A stretch of 64,000 bases of DNA from Longimicrobiales bacterium (GCA_965226375.1 CBDDCX010000008.1:1408001-1472000), one strand, 5' to 3'. Positions 51,089-61,074 are shown, counted from the stretch's first letter. The notes: generated from the letters alone by a model not told the origin. Numbers and translations: made by a program.

Positions 51089-52600
51089 TCAGCGCACATA
51101 CCGGCCTATCCTCGGCCCGAGTATCGGTACGCCTCCAAACGCAGTGTCCAACTCCGTCCTCATGACGTCCGCCTCCGCGGGGCTCTGATAGGCCCCTGCG
51201 TACACCCGAAAGCCCGGGGCCGTCGAACCGGCAACCTCGAACACGTAGGCCCCTATACCCGCGTTACCGATTTCCGCTACCCGACCAGTCGCCGCCTCGA
51301 TCGACTCGAACCCTCCAAAATCGAACGCGAGCGGGGTCGGCCGGACGATCCAACGGGCGCCGTCATCGCCCGTCAGGGTTTCCGCCAGAGATTCACGGAG
51401 GCGCTCTGCCCCGAGGGAGTCCACCGATGGGCCTGCCAGCACCCGATGATACACGCGATCCGCCACCCTCACGGGAGCGACAATGAACAACAGGTCCGGA
51501 CGTCGCTGGGCCAGCCTCTGGGCATGTCGCCCAGCGGCCTCGCGCGTCTGATAGGCAGCCAGTGCCAGTGAATACGCCTGTTGCGGCTCCGGCGGCGAGG
51601 GCTCGGCAGACACCGATGTCTGGAAATCTTCAGTAAGCGCTACCGGAACCGTCTGGTCCGCGGGAACGAGCATCCTCTGCAACAGAAACAGAGCCCCGAG
51701 CCCTACCAGCGTCCCCACCAGAGCCGGCCGCCAAGGGATCCGCCGCCGATCGGGCTCGGTCCCGGTCTCAAGCTTGGCCTCGGTCTCAAGGGCAACAGCC
51801 TCAGTGTCAGTTTCTGGCTCAGCCTCTGTCGTAGGAACGGAGTCAGTCCCTGGCTCAGTTTCAGTTTGCGGCTCTGCCTCAGTCGTAGGCTCCACCCCAG
51901 TCTCAGGCACACGTGCTGATCCAGCCTCGACCACCTCCGTGCTAGCCTCGGCCTCCACCTCACCCGCCATCTCGATCGACCCCTCCGTCGGCGGCGGTGG
52001 CCCTCGATCCTCCAAAAGACCCCACACCTCGTCGAGAGCGAAAGACTCGGCCACCCACTCCGCTTCGGTCGGATCGCCCGCAAAAAGGAGCGTTGCGGTG
52101 CTCCGAGCTATCAGAGCATCCACGCCCGGGAGGTCCGCGGGCACGTAGAAGAGGACCCTGGCCTGAGCACTCCCCACCTCCTCCACGAAGGCCGACCACG
52201 CATCGCTCAAAGTGATTTCAGTGGGATCCTCGACCGGTGTACCGACGGACACGAACTGAAATCCTGGTGCTCCGGCTTGTTGCGCCACCGATGGCATGGA
52301 CGCCTCGCGAAGGACGAGGTCAACCACGCCTACCGCGTTCGGCAATCCCAATGTCTGGTGAAGCACCGGCTCGGTGAGGGACAAATCGAAGAGGATGACA
52401 CGGTGACCCTGATCGGACCAAGCCCGTGCGACCGCGATCGCAGCGGCCGGGCTCCAGGACGATCGGGCGACGTCCGGCGTGACAATAAGGGTGACGACGC
52501 CTCCCCCGGCGCCTGAGACGAGTGCGCCGGGTGCCGCGATCTCCGGTAGATGACCGGAGTCCGGGTCAAACGGGTATAGGCGCGAGTGGCCCCGATCCAA
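51089..52600 (-). CDS. Paralog with the same architecture (degenerate P-loop domain, acidic linker, TM, SPOR)
   Basis: VARAWSDQGHRVILFD...PVLH...GT; E/T/P-rich repeats; TM; YHRVLAGP and FRVYAGAY. The start is uncertain. Confidence 0.78.
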   Translation of the reverse strand: MDRGHSRLYPFDPDSGHLPEIAAPGALVSGAGGGVVTLIVTPDVARSSWSPAAAIAVARAWSDQGHRVILFDLSLTEPVLHQTLGLPNAVGVVDLVLREASMPSVAQQAGAPGFQFVSVGTPVEDPTEITLSDAWSAFVEEVGSAQARVLFYVPADLPGVDALIARSTATLLFAGDPTEAEWVAESFALDEVWGLLEDRGPPPPTEGSIEMAGEVEAEASTEVVEAGSARVPETGVEPTTEAEPQTETEPGTDSVPTTEAEPETDTEAVALETEAKLETGTEPDRRRIPWRPALVGTLVGLGALFLLQRMLVPADQTVPVALTEDFQTSVSAEPSPPEPQQAYSLALAAYQTREAAGRHAQRLAQRRPDLLFIVAPVRVADRVYHRVLAGPSVDSLGAERLRESLAETLTGDDGARWIVRPTPLAFDFGGFESIEAATGRVAEIGNAGIGAYVFEVAGSTAPGFRVYAGAYQSPAEADVMRTELDTAFGGVPILGPRIGRYVR

Positions 52601-52745
52601 CGGGTCCTACGCCCCTGGCATGGGTCGGATTACAGCCTCCGTCGATACGTCCGTTGTGCAGCTCGTGTGGGCTGACACCACAAGCTACACGACGACCCGG
52701 AGGGTTGTAAACAGGCTTGACGACGGGGGCGAGAAGCACACCTCG

Positions 52746-53114
52746 TCACTCGAACTCGCGCCTGGGCGCGTCGCCCCACAGAACCTCGAGTTGATAGAAC
52801 TCCCGGGCTCCCGGATGAAAGACGTGGACGACGAAGTCGATGTAGTCCACCAGGACCCAGCGCCCGCTCGCCAACCCCTCGACATGTGCGGGGCGGATGC
52901 CCAGTTCCTTCAACTCCCTGATGACGTGGTCACCGATGGCTTTGACCTGGACGTCGGACTGTCCGGTCGCCAGCAAGAAGTAGTCGGTGGCACTCGAGAT
53001 GCCCCTCAGGTCGAGGACAACCACGTCGGCTGCCTTGCGTTCGAGCGCGCACTCGGCTGCACGCTCTACGTCATGACCGATCTCGGACACGTCGGTGCTC
53101 GACTGATTTCCCAT
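52746..53114 (-). CDS. rsfS: Ribosome silencing factor RsfS
   Basis: KAADVVVLDL, DYFLLATG, WVLVDY...VHVF...REFYQLEVLW. Confidence 0.95.
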   Translation of the reverse strand: MGNQSSTDVSEIGHDVERAAECALERKAADVVVLDLRGISSATDYFLLATGQSDVQVKAIGDHVIRELKELGIRPAHVEGLASGRWVLVDYIDFVVHVFHPGAREFYQLEVLWGDAPRREFE

Positions 53115-53137
53115 GCCGCTCTAGAAGAAGTAGTGCC

Positions 53138-53596
53138 CTACTCCTCCCCAGCGCGCTCCACACGTACATCGACTTGGACTTCGACCTGGCTATGGAAACG
53201 CACGGAAACCTTGAATTCTCCGAGGAGCTTCAGCGGCTCTTCGAGAATGACCGTGCGGCGGTCCACCTCGAAGTCCAATTCTCCCTGGTTCAGCTGGTCG
53301 GCGATGTCGGCGTTCGTGACCGAGCCGAACAACTTGCCGTCATCCCCCGCCCTGACATGAAACACGAGTGATTTTCCGTCGAGCTGGGCGGCGCGACGAC
53401 GTGCCTCGAGGTAGTCGTGCCTGGCCTTCTCCTCAGACCGCGCGTGCTCCTCCTCCAGCCTCTTCAAGTTGGCATCACTCGCCTGGTACGCGAGTCCTTG
53501 GGGGATCAGGTAGTTGCGCGCATAACCGGGCTTTACGTCGATGATGTCACCCTGACCTCCAAGCGCCTCTACCGTCTTCCTCAAAATGAGCTTCAT
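53138..53596 (-). CDS. rplI: 50S ribosomal protein L9
   Basis: VKPGYARNYLIP, GKLFGSVT. Confidence 0.97.
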   Translation of the reverse strand: MKLILRKTVEALGGQGDIIDVKPGYARNYLIPQGLAYQASDANLKRLEEEHARSEEKARHDYLEARRRAAQLDGKSLVFHVRAGDDGKLFGSVTNADIADQLNQGELDFEVDRRTVILEEPLKLLGEFKVSVRFHSQVEVQVDVRVERAGEE

Positions 53597-53609
53597 GGAC
53601 CCTCTCCGT

Positions 53610-54554
53610 TTACGTGTCAGTCGTACCGCCGGACAACACGTCGGCCTTGGCTCGTAGGTCGAGCCAAGTATCGCCGACGCCGATGACCAGCGCCCCCATC
53701 GTCAAAACGGGCGCAAGGAGCAACATCCCGAGCGCCATCACCAAGAAACCGAACAGCGAAATACCGCCGTTGAAAAACAGAACCACGGCAACGCCCCGGA
53801 CCGCGTATAGCCCCCCCATGAACACGACGGCGTTGGTCCCCACCCGTGTCCACGCGTCACCTAATCCGAGCACTATCAGCACCAGTCCCACCAGCAATAG
53901 CCACACGAAGTGGTCGTTGAACCGGAAGTCCTTGAGCGGTCCAAGTCCCTGATCACTCCCCGCGGCGAGTCGCACATATCCCCACCAGGCGACACCGAGT
54001 CCCGCCAGCGACGACAGGCCCAGAAGCGCCGGGAATAGCCTTCCCTGAAGGGCCGCGGTCTCGAACGCGGTGTTGACCATCTCCGTCGGGATCTCCACGT
54101 CTGGCTTCCAGGCAGCCACCAAGCTCATGGCCAGGCTGACACTCTTCATGACACCCTCGGAAACGAGCCAATCCACCATGGCCCAGGAGCCCGGCTGGAC
54201 GGCCAGGAGCACCGCCACGAGCCCAAAGGCCCCACCGACGGCTCCGAGAGCCCTCGGAAAAAAGCGGCTGTCGGGCGACCGCATGGTCAGGAACACGAAC
54301 CCACCCGCCAGGATGATCGTCCATCCTCGCTCCAGGTACCAGAGACCTCCACGGGCCGTGGCCCCCAGCGTTACCATCACGGCCAATACGGCAGCCACCA
54401 CGGTCGGGAACCGGCGGGCACCGAGTACGGCGGCGAGCACCAGGAAGGGCACCGCCACCAGTACGCCGGCGCTGACGACCGACAGCCCCATGGTGACGAG
54501 CAGAAGCGCGGCAGCGCGCAGCCACGTGCGCTCGAGCCGCGTCGGGGAATCCAA
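53610..54554 (-). CDS. DUF2232/YybS-like multi-pass membrane protein
   Basis: Many TM segments, C-terminal GVGDTWLDLR; typical position between rpsR and rplI. Confidence 0.8.
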   Translation of the reverse strand: MDSPTRLERTWLRAAALLLVTMGLSVVSAGVLVAVPFLVLAAVLGARRFPTVVAAVLAVMVTLGATARGGLWYLERGWTIILAGGFVFLTMRSPDSRFFPRALGAVGGAFGLVAVLLAVQPGSWAMVDWLVSEGVMKSVSLAMSLVAAWKPDVEIPTEMVNTAFETAALQGRLFPALLGLSSLAGLGVAWWGYVRLAAGSDQGLGPLKDFRFNDHFVWLLLVGLVLIVLGLGDAWTRVGTNAVVFMGGLYAVRGVAVVLFFNGGISLFGFLVMALGMLLLAPVLTMGALVIGVGDTWLDLRAKADVLSGGTTDT

Positions 54555-54575
54555 GAGATCGTGCTCCGCGGAGAC

Positions 54576-55229
54576 CTAGACCTCGTGGTCCCGTAGGTAT
54601 GGGATCAACGCCAGATACCGAGCCCGCTTTATGGCCCGCCCGAGCTGCCTCTGAAAACGAGCGGTGACCTTGGTCGTTCGCTTCGGCAAGATCTTACCCT
54701 GCTCCGTCATGCACTGAGAAAGGGTCGAGACGTCCTTGTAATTGAGAAGCTCGATGACCGGCCCTTCCATCCGACGACGCCGGCCGCGGCCCCCGGAAAA
54801 CTCTGGGGGTCTCTGCCGCCTGACGGCCCCTTCCTCATCCTCGGGCGCTTCCTCCTCAGGAGGCGGACCGTCATCCTCGTCCTCATCATCCTCGCTGATG
54901 CGGACCGGCCGCTCACCAAGGATGGATCTCCCGGTCGTAGGCTCCCCGTCGTTCAAGACCACGAGATGCCGCATGAGCTCAGGATCAAGCTTCAGAATTC
55001 GATCGAACTCGGGGAGGCCTTCGGAACCGGCGCGAACTTGCGCCACCACGTAATAGCCCGCCTTCTGCTTCCGCACGGAGTAGGCCATCTGACGGACGCC
55101 CCAATGATCGACGGCCACGACTTCTCCGTCACTGCCGGTCACGAGGAGATGGAACTTCTCGAGCTTCTTGTTTACCGCATCTTCGTCGAGCGTAGCATCG
55201 AAAATGTAGACGATCTCGTACAGCCGCAT
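54576..55229 (-). CDS. rpsF-rpsR: Fused 30S ribosomal proteins S6-S18 (217 aa)
   Basis: S6 (MRLYEIVYIF...WGVRQMAY...GYY...MRHLVV), acidic/basic linker, then S18 (YKDVSTL...GKILPKRTT...QRQLGRAIKRARYLALIPY) in one frame with no stop. Confidence 0.92.
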   Translation of the reverse strand: MRLYEIVYIFDATLDEDAVNKKLEKFHLLVTGSDGEVVAVDHWGVRQMAYSVRKQKAGYYVVAQVRAGSEGLPEFDRILKLDPELMRHLVVLNDGEPTTGRSILGERPVRISEDDEDEDDGPPPEEEAPEDEEGAVRRQRPPEFSGGRGRRRRMEGPVIELLNYKDVSTLSQCMTEQGKILPKRTTKVTARFQRQLGRAIKRARYLALIPYLRDHEV

Positions 55230-55235
55230 GGTATG

Positions 55236-55290
55236 TCTCCCACGGTCCGCATGTGCAACGGGCCCCGCCACAGGGGCGGAGCGGGATGAG
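55236..55290 (-). promoter_or_regulatory. Candidate S6:S18 ribosomal-protein leader
   Basis: 5' UCCC can pair with the SD-like GGGA; GACCG immediately precedes it; internal GCCCC/GGGGC hairpin; TATATT -10-like box at 55302-55297. Confidence 0.55.
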
Positions 55291-55335
55291 CCAAGTAATA
55301 TAGGCCATGTGGGGGGGTTTTGTACCCCTGGGCCA

Positions 55336-56532
55336 CTAGGACATTTCCTGCTGAAGAGCAAGGACGAGCTCGGGATACCGGGCAAAAGCCCAGCGGGCCT
55401 CCTCCACATCGAGACGCTCCCGATTCGTGTGTGCAAAGCGCTCCTCACCCGGAGCGAATCCCACCGTGGGGATTCCGAAAACACCTCGGCTCCAACCACC
55501 GTCCGTGGCAAACGTCCAGGGACGTACCGCGGCCGGGCCCTCTCCCGCGCGCTGTCCGACCGCAGCAGCTGCAGCCAGGACCAGCGGGTCGAGCGGATCC
55601 ATGAGGAAGCCAGGCGTAAAGAGGCTCCGATCGTGTGCAATTCCCGTGTAGGCAGCCTGTCGCTCCTGCGCCATCGAGACCGACACGCTGAAGCCGTCCG
55701 GGAGCTCGCCCAGTCCACGCGTCACGGCGTCTCTTACACGTGACGTCATGGCCTCTTCGTCCGTCCCGGGCAGGACCCGCCAGTCCAGGACAACCGTGAC
55801 CCGGTCGGGGATGACGTTGCGGCTTTCCGGCAGGACGTCCACACCGGTCGCTACCAGGCTCGAGGTACCGAGAATCGGATCCTCAGGCTGATGCGTGGCC
55901 AACTCCTGCACGGCCCCGAGCACTTGCGGGACCAAGTCCAGAGCGTTGTGGGCACGGTCCGGAGCCGAAGCGTGGCCGGCGAGGCCCCGCAGCACCACCT
56001 CGACCTCACCGCGGCCTCGATGCCCGATGCAAATGTCGCCGTGTGTCGATTCGCCGATCACCACGACGCCGGGCTGGACGCCCCCAGACTCGAGCAGGTG
56101 CTTCATGCCCAGACCACCGCGCTCCTCGAAGACGGTGTGCGCCACAATCACGTCTCCCGCGGCACGGCCGGCCAGGGCGGCGGCGGCGTACGTCTGCAGG
56201 GCCAGGGGCCCTTTGATATCCATGGAGCCACGCCCATGAAGAAACCCCTCGGCGACGTCCCCACCGAAGGGTGGGTACTCCCACTCCGCATGGTCGCCTT
56301 CGGCCACCACATCGGTGTGGCAGTTGAGCAGTACGGCCGGAGCGGCTCCGCTTCCCCGAACACAAGAGATGACGTTGCCCACCTCGTCGCGTCGCACGTC
56401 CTGCAGGCCCAGGGCTTCCATCTCGCTCAGAATCCGCTCAGCTACGTCGCCTTCCTGACCAGAAGGCGAGGGGATGCGGATGAGGTCCTGGGCAAATGCC
56501 AGGGCGTTCTCGAACGTTGGATCTTTCGCCAT
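55336..56532 (-). CDS. M20-family metallo-hydrolase (ArgE/YgeY-like)
   Basis: NCHTDVV, HGRGSMDIKG, EE, GES, FATDG, AHT. Confidence 0.9.
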   Translation of the reverse strand: MAKDPTFENALAFAQDLIRIPSPSGQEGDVAERILSEMEALGLQDVRRDEVGNVISCVRGSGAAPAVLLNCHTDVVAEGDHAEWEYPPFGGDVAEGFLHGRGSMDIKGPLALQTYAAAALAGRAAGDVIVAHTVFEERGGLGMKHLLESGGVQPGVVVIGESTHGDICIGHRGRGEVEVVLRGLAGHASAPDRAHNALDLVPQVLGAVQELATHQPEDPILGTSSLVATGVDVLPESRNVIPDRVTVVLDWRVLPGTDEEAMTSRVRDAVTRGLGELPDGFSVSVSMAQERQAAYTGIAHDRSLFTPGFLMDPLDPLVLAAAAAVGQRAGEGPAAVRPWTFATDGGWSRGVFGIPTVGFAPGEERFAHTNRERLDVEEARWAFARYPELVLALQQEMS

Positions 56533-56591
56533 CGCTACTCGGGCCCGGCCGGCGGCCGGCCGGACCCCCTCAATCGAACAGCTTGGACACC

Positions 56592-58709
56592 CTACCCAAA
56601 GAGGCGGGCAACCCAGCCGATGAGACCGGAAACCTGGCCGTCGACGTTGATCTCGTGAACACGGACGAACCACGGTGCGAGCACGAGAGAAACGACGGCC
56701 ATGAGCTTGATGAGGATGTTCAAGGATGGACCGGACGTGTCCTTGAACGGATCGCCCACCGTGTCCCCTACGACAGCAGCCTTGTGGGGCTCGGAGCCCT
56801 TCCCGCCATGGGCTCCGGCTTCGATGAGCTTCTTGGCGTTATCCCATGCGCCCCCGGCATGGGCCATGAAGAGCGCCATGAGCACGCCGGTAACCGTAGC
56901 ACCAGCCAAGAAACCGCCCAGTGCCTCTACGCCCAGGAAGTAGCCCACCACAACCGGCGAGATGATCGCGGTCACTCCGGGAATAATCATCTCTCGTAGG
57001 GCAGCATCGGTGGAAATCGCCACGCAACGTGCCGAATCCGGCTTGGCGGTCCCGTCCATGATGCCCGGGTTCTCTCGGAATTGTCGCCTGACCTCCTCGA
57101 CCATGCCCTGAGCGGCCTTCCCCACCGCGGTCATGGTGAGGGCGGCGATGAAGAACGGGAGCATGCCACCGATGAAGAGGCCGATCACCACGATCGGATT
57201 CACGAGATCGATGCCCGTCTCGGACAACCCGACCTTGGTGGCGTACGCCGAGAACAGCGCCAACGCCGTGAGCGCCGCTGAGCCGATGGCAAAACCCTTG
57301 CCCTGGGCTGCGGTCGTGTTGCCGATGGCGTCGAGAGAATCGGTGATCGCCCGAGTCTCCGGTCCCAAGCCGCTCATCTCGCTGATACCGCCCGCGTTGT
57401 CGGCGATGGGTCCATACGCGTCCACGGACATGGTGACACCGACGGTGGCCAGCATGCCGACCGCTGCGATGCCGATGCCGTAGAGTCCGGCCGACGAGAA
57501 GGACGCGAAGATCGCGACACAGATCAACAACATGGGGATGGCGGTCGACTCCATACCCACCGCGAGCCCGGTGATGAGGTTGGTGGCCGCGCCCGTCTTG
57601 CTGGCCTCGGCGATCTTTCGTACGGGCCTGGAAGACGTGTAGTACTCGGTGACGAGCCCGATGGCTACGCCCACCACCGTCCCAGCGACGATGGCGTACC
57701 ACGGACCCATGGCCGGATACGTCTGGCCTCCCTCGACCATCTGGAGGTCCAGCGCACGAACGACGAAGAACATGGCCGCCAAGAAGAGGGCCGCCGCAAT
57801 GAACGTGACGTGACGCAGGGCCGCTGCCGGATCGGTACGTTCGAGCGCCTTCATCATCCCGATGCCCACGAGAGAAGCTACCAGACCCACCATCACGGTC
57901 ACGATGGGCAGCGCCACGGCGTTTCCAACATTGCCGGCCAGCGCGGCCGAACTGGCCGCGATGGCGATCGTAGCGATGACCGAGCCCACATAGGACTCGA
58001 AAATGTCTGCCCCCATGCCCGCCACGTCACCGACGTTGTCGCCGACATTGTCGGCGATGGTAGCCGGATTCCGAGGATCATCCTCGGGAATACCAGCCTC
58101 CACCTTACCCACCAGGTCCGCACCGACATCGGCGGCCTTGGTGTAGATACCACCGCCCACGCGGGCGAAGAGGGCGATCGAACTGGCCCCCATGGCGAAC
58201 CCGGAAATGATCTCGGCGAAACGGAGGTGCTCCGCCGCACCGATGGCCGACGCCCCGAAAAACCAGTAGAGCACTCCGATGCCCGCGAGACCGAGGGCGG
58301 CGACGGAAAGTCCCATCACCGCGCCTCCGAAGAACGCTACCCGCAGGGCCTTACCTGCGCCCTCCTCGTTGGCCGCAGCCGAGGTACGCACGTTCGCGCG
58401 GGTCGCAGCCGTCATTCCGAAGAAACCGGCCATGACCGAGCAGAGAGCTCCCACCAGATAAGCCAGGGCCGTCTGGCCCGAAACCGCCCACGCCAAGAGC
58501 GCCGCCACCACCACCACGAAGACGGCCAGCATGGAATACTCTCGACGCAGAAAGGCCATGGCCCCTTCGTAAATCTGGTCGGCCAGATCCTGCATCGCCT
58601 CGCTCCCGGCGGGCTGACTCTTCATGTAGCGATAGATGATCCCCGCCACGGCCAGGGCTATCAGGCCAAGTGCCCAGGACCAGCTTGCGAACGTCACGAA
58701 TTGGCTCAT
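56592..58709 (-). CDS. hppA: Membrane ion-translocating pyrophosphatase (K+-dependent type, probably Na+)
   Basis: [35 protein letters not shown] (Ala variant), [11 protein letters not shown]. Confidence 0.96.
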   Translation of the reverse strand: MSQFVTFASWSWALGLIALAVAGIIYRYMKSQPAGSEAMQDLADQIYEGAMAFLRREYSMLAVFVVVVAALLAWAVSGQTALAYLVGALCSVMAGFFGMTAATRANVRTSAAANEEGAGKALRVAFFGGAVMGLSVAALGLAGIGVLYWFFGASAIGAAEHLRFAEIISGFAMGASSIALFARVGGGIYTKAADVGADLVGKVEAGIPEDDPRNPATIADNVGDNVGDVAGMGADIFESYVGSVIATIAIAASSAALAGNVGNAVALPIVTVMVGLVASLVGIGMMKALERTDPAAALRHVTFIAAALFLAAMFFVVRALDLQMVEGGQTYPAMGPWYAIVAGTVVGVAIGLVTEYYTSSRPVRKIAEASKTGAATNLITGLAVGMESTAIPMLLICVAIFASFSSAGLYGIGIAAVGMLATVGVTMSVDAYGPIADNAGGISEMSGLGPETRAITDSLDAIGNTTAAQGKGFAIGSAALTALALFSAYATKVGLSETGIDLVNPIVVIGLFIGGMLPFFIAALTMTAVGKAAQGMVEEVRRQFRENPGIMDGTAKPDSARCVAISTDAALREMIIPGVTAIISPVVVGYFLGVEALGGFLAGATVTGVLMALFMAHAGGAWDNAKKLIEAGAHGGKGSEPHKAAVVGDTVGDPFKDTSGPSLNILIKLMAVVSLVLAPWFVRVHEINVDGQVSGLIGWVARLFG

Positions 58710-58775
58710 CAGGTTCCTCGTGCAGTGGACATCGTCTTTGACAGCATCGGCGTGAACCTGACTGTCAGGTGAGCA

Positions 58776-59339
58776 TCACTGATTGAACTCGTTCATCGCC
58801 TCTTCCACACCTTCTCTCATCCAGGTTTCGACCGCCCTGGTGAGCCCCGGAAGAAGCCCTACGACCACATCCTCGTCTTCGCCGTCCATGGGCGACAGCA
58901 CCCAATCTGAGAGATCCATACTCCCCGGAACCCGCCCGACTCCTACTCGGAGTCGTCCGTATTCCTCGGTGCCCAAGGCACCGGTGATCGATTTCAGACC
59001 ATTGTGCCCGCCCGCACCTCCTCGGGGCCGGAAGCGTACACGACCCACATCCAGTGCCGCGTCATCCGACACCACGAGGAGGTCCTCGGACACATCGAAC
59101 TCGGGAATCATGGCGAGAGCGATGAGGGCCGCACCGCTCTTATTCATATATGTGGTGGGCTTGATCAGGCGGGCCGCTACGTCGCCTGCCATTCCGTCTA
59201 CCTGGAGGCTTCGGCCCTTCTTCTCGAAGGACGCGAATCCCCAGTCGTAGGCCAGTCGATCCACGACCCACCAACCTACGTTGTGCCGCGTGTCGTCGTA
59301 CTCCGGCCCGGGGTTGCCGAGCCCGACGATCACCTTCAC
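58776..59339 (-). CDS. pth: Peptidyl-tRNA hydrolase
   Basis: IVGLGNPG, TRHNVG, KPTTYMN, GGHNGLKSI. Confidence 0.97.
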   Translation of the reverse strand: MKVIVGLGNPGPEYDDTRHNVGWWVVDRLAYDWGFASFEKKGRSLQVDGMAGDVAARLIKPTTYMNKSGAALIALAMIPEFDVSEDLLVVSDDAALDVGRVRFRPRGGAGGHNGLKSITGALGTEEYGRLRVGVGRVPGSMDLSDWVLSPMDGEDEDVVVGLLPGLTRAVETWMREGVEEAMNEFNQ

Positions 59340-59362
59340 AACACGAGATCCGACGCGCGATG

Positions 59363-60055
59363 TCAGCCGTCGGAGTCCTCGTCCCCACCAGAAGTATCGC
59401 CCTCGGCGGCAGGTGCACCCTCTGCACCTTCTTCCCCTTCTGCCAGTTCGCCCTCCTCCAACTCCAGATCCTCTTCCTCCTCGACAACCTCTTCCTTCGG
59501 AATGGCGACGAGGCACAGCGTGCGGATGGGATCGGTCAAGAGCTCCACCTCATCTTCCATCTCGATGTCCCTGGCGTGAATCGAGTCGCCGACATCCAGC
59601 GCCGAGACATCGATCTCAAAGCTCTCGGGAAACCTGGACGGGATGCACTTGACGCGAAGCTCGTGGAGGATCACTTCGAGAACACCACCGAGCTTCACAC
59701 CCTCGGGGGTCCCCACATACTTGATCGGGACATCGACTTCCATCGCCACACCCCTTTGGATGCAGTAAAAGTCGACGTGCACGATGTCCGGACGGAAAGG
59801 GTGCATCTGGATCTCACGCACGAGCGTCTCAAGCACTTCGTCGTCGTCATCGACCTGCACGTTGACGATCGTGTTCTCGACCGAGATCGAGTGGAAGAGC
59901 TGATAGGCCTCTTTGGCATCCACAGTCAGCGCGATCGGCTCCTGATCCTTGCCGTAGATCACCGCGGGTACCTTCCCCATCGCCCGTATCTTCCGCGCTG
60001 CGCCCTTGCCGGTTTCGCTGCGTCGCTTCGCCGTAAGTCCCGTATTAGCAATCAT
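59363..60055 (-). CDS. rplY: 50S ribosomal protein L25/Ctc
   Basis: GKGAARKIR, VPAVIYG, HVDFY, acidic tail. Confidence 0.96.
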   Translation of the reverse strand: MIANTGLTAKRRSETGKGAARKIRAMGKVPAVIYGKDQEPIALTVDAKEAYQLFHSISVENTIVNVQVDDDDEVLETLVREIQMHPFRPDIVHVDFYCIQRGVAMEVDVPIKYVGTPEGVKLGGVLEVILHELRVKCIPSRFPESFEIDVSALDVGDSIHARDIEMEDEVELLTDPIRTLCLVAIPKEEVVEEEEDLELEEGELAEGEEGAEGAPAAEGDTSGGDEDSDG

Positions 60056-60108
60056 TTTCTTGTTTCCACTCTCTTGTAGTTCCGCCGCAGACCCGGTTCG
60101 GGTCTCGG

Positions 60109-61074
60109 CTATGCATCTGTGGCCAGCTCGAACAGCTGGGTCACCGATTCGTTCTCGTGTACGCACTGGATGGCTCTCGCAAAGAGGTCGGCCACCGAAA
60201 GTATCTTCAAACTCTCGAAGCGACGCTCCTCGGCCACATGGATCGTGTTGGTCACCACGAACTCCTCCAGGGGCGCCGCCGCGAGCTTCTCGGTGGCGCT
60301 GCCGGAGAGCACTGCGTGCGTGGCCCCAGCATACACCTGCCGGGCGCCTCGTTCACGTAGAGCAGTCACGGCGTTCGCCAATGTTCCGCCCGTATCGACC
60401 ATGTCGTCGACGAGAAGGCAGGTTCTACCGTCCACCTCACCGACCACGTTGAGCACCTCGGCTTCGTTGGCCGCGGGCCTCCGCTTGTCGATGATGGCAA
60501 ACGTGCCGCCGAGCCGCTTGGCGAATCCCCGAGCCATCTTGGCCGACCCCACATCAGGCGCCACCACCACGAGATCCGGCAGCTTCTTGTCCAAGAAGTA
60601 CTGGATCAGGACAGGCGCAGCATAAAGATGGTCCACCGGAATATCGAAGAACCCCTGGATCTGATGTTGATGGAAATCCATGCCGATAAGGCGGTCCGCA
60701 CCGGCAGCGACCATGAGGTTCGCCACCAACTTGGCGCCGATCGCCACCCGAGGCTGATCCTTTCGGTCCTGTCGACCGTAGCCGTAGTACGGGACCACAG
60801 CCGTCACCCGTGCCGCCGAGGCCCGTGTCGCAGCGTCGATCAGCAGGAGAAGCTCCATAATGCTGTCCGCGGGAGCCACCGTCGGCTGGATGATGAAGAC
60901 GTCCCGGCCACGGGCATTTCGCTCGATACGAACGAAGATCTCTCCGTCGGAGAAATCACGAATCGTGGCGGATTCGGGGTCCTCTCCGAGAATCTGCCCG
61001 ATCTCTAGTCCCAGGGGGCGATTCGCCCGTCCGGAAAGCACGAGGAGCGGTCCCCTACGAAATGTGTCGTCCAT
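60109..61074 (-). CDS. prs: Ribose-phosphate pyrophosphokinase
   Basis: FSDGE, YGRQDRK, PDVG, IDKRR, VDDMVDTGGT. Confidence 0.97.
   Translation of the reverse strand: MDDTFRRGPLLVLSGRANRPLGLEIGQILGEDPESATIRDFSDGEIFVRIERNARGRDVFIIQPTVAPADSIMELLLLIDAATRASAARVTAVVPYYGYGRQDRKDQPRVAIGAKLVANLMVAAGADRLIGMDFHQHQIQGFFDIPVDHLYAAPVLIQYFLDKKLPDLVVVAPDVGSAKMARGFAKRLGGTFAIIDKRRPAANEAEVLNVVGEVDGRTCLLVDDMVDTGGTLANAVTALRERGARQVYAGATHAVLSGSATEKLAAAPLEEFVVTNTIHVAEERRFESLKILSVADLFARAIQCVHENESVTQLFELATDA

Noticed and set aside
55230..55718. N-terminal extension of the S6-S18 ORF to 380 aa
   Set aside because: It overlaps the M20 gene and the leader/promoter; the SD and S6 homology place the start at 55229.
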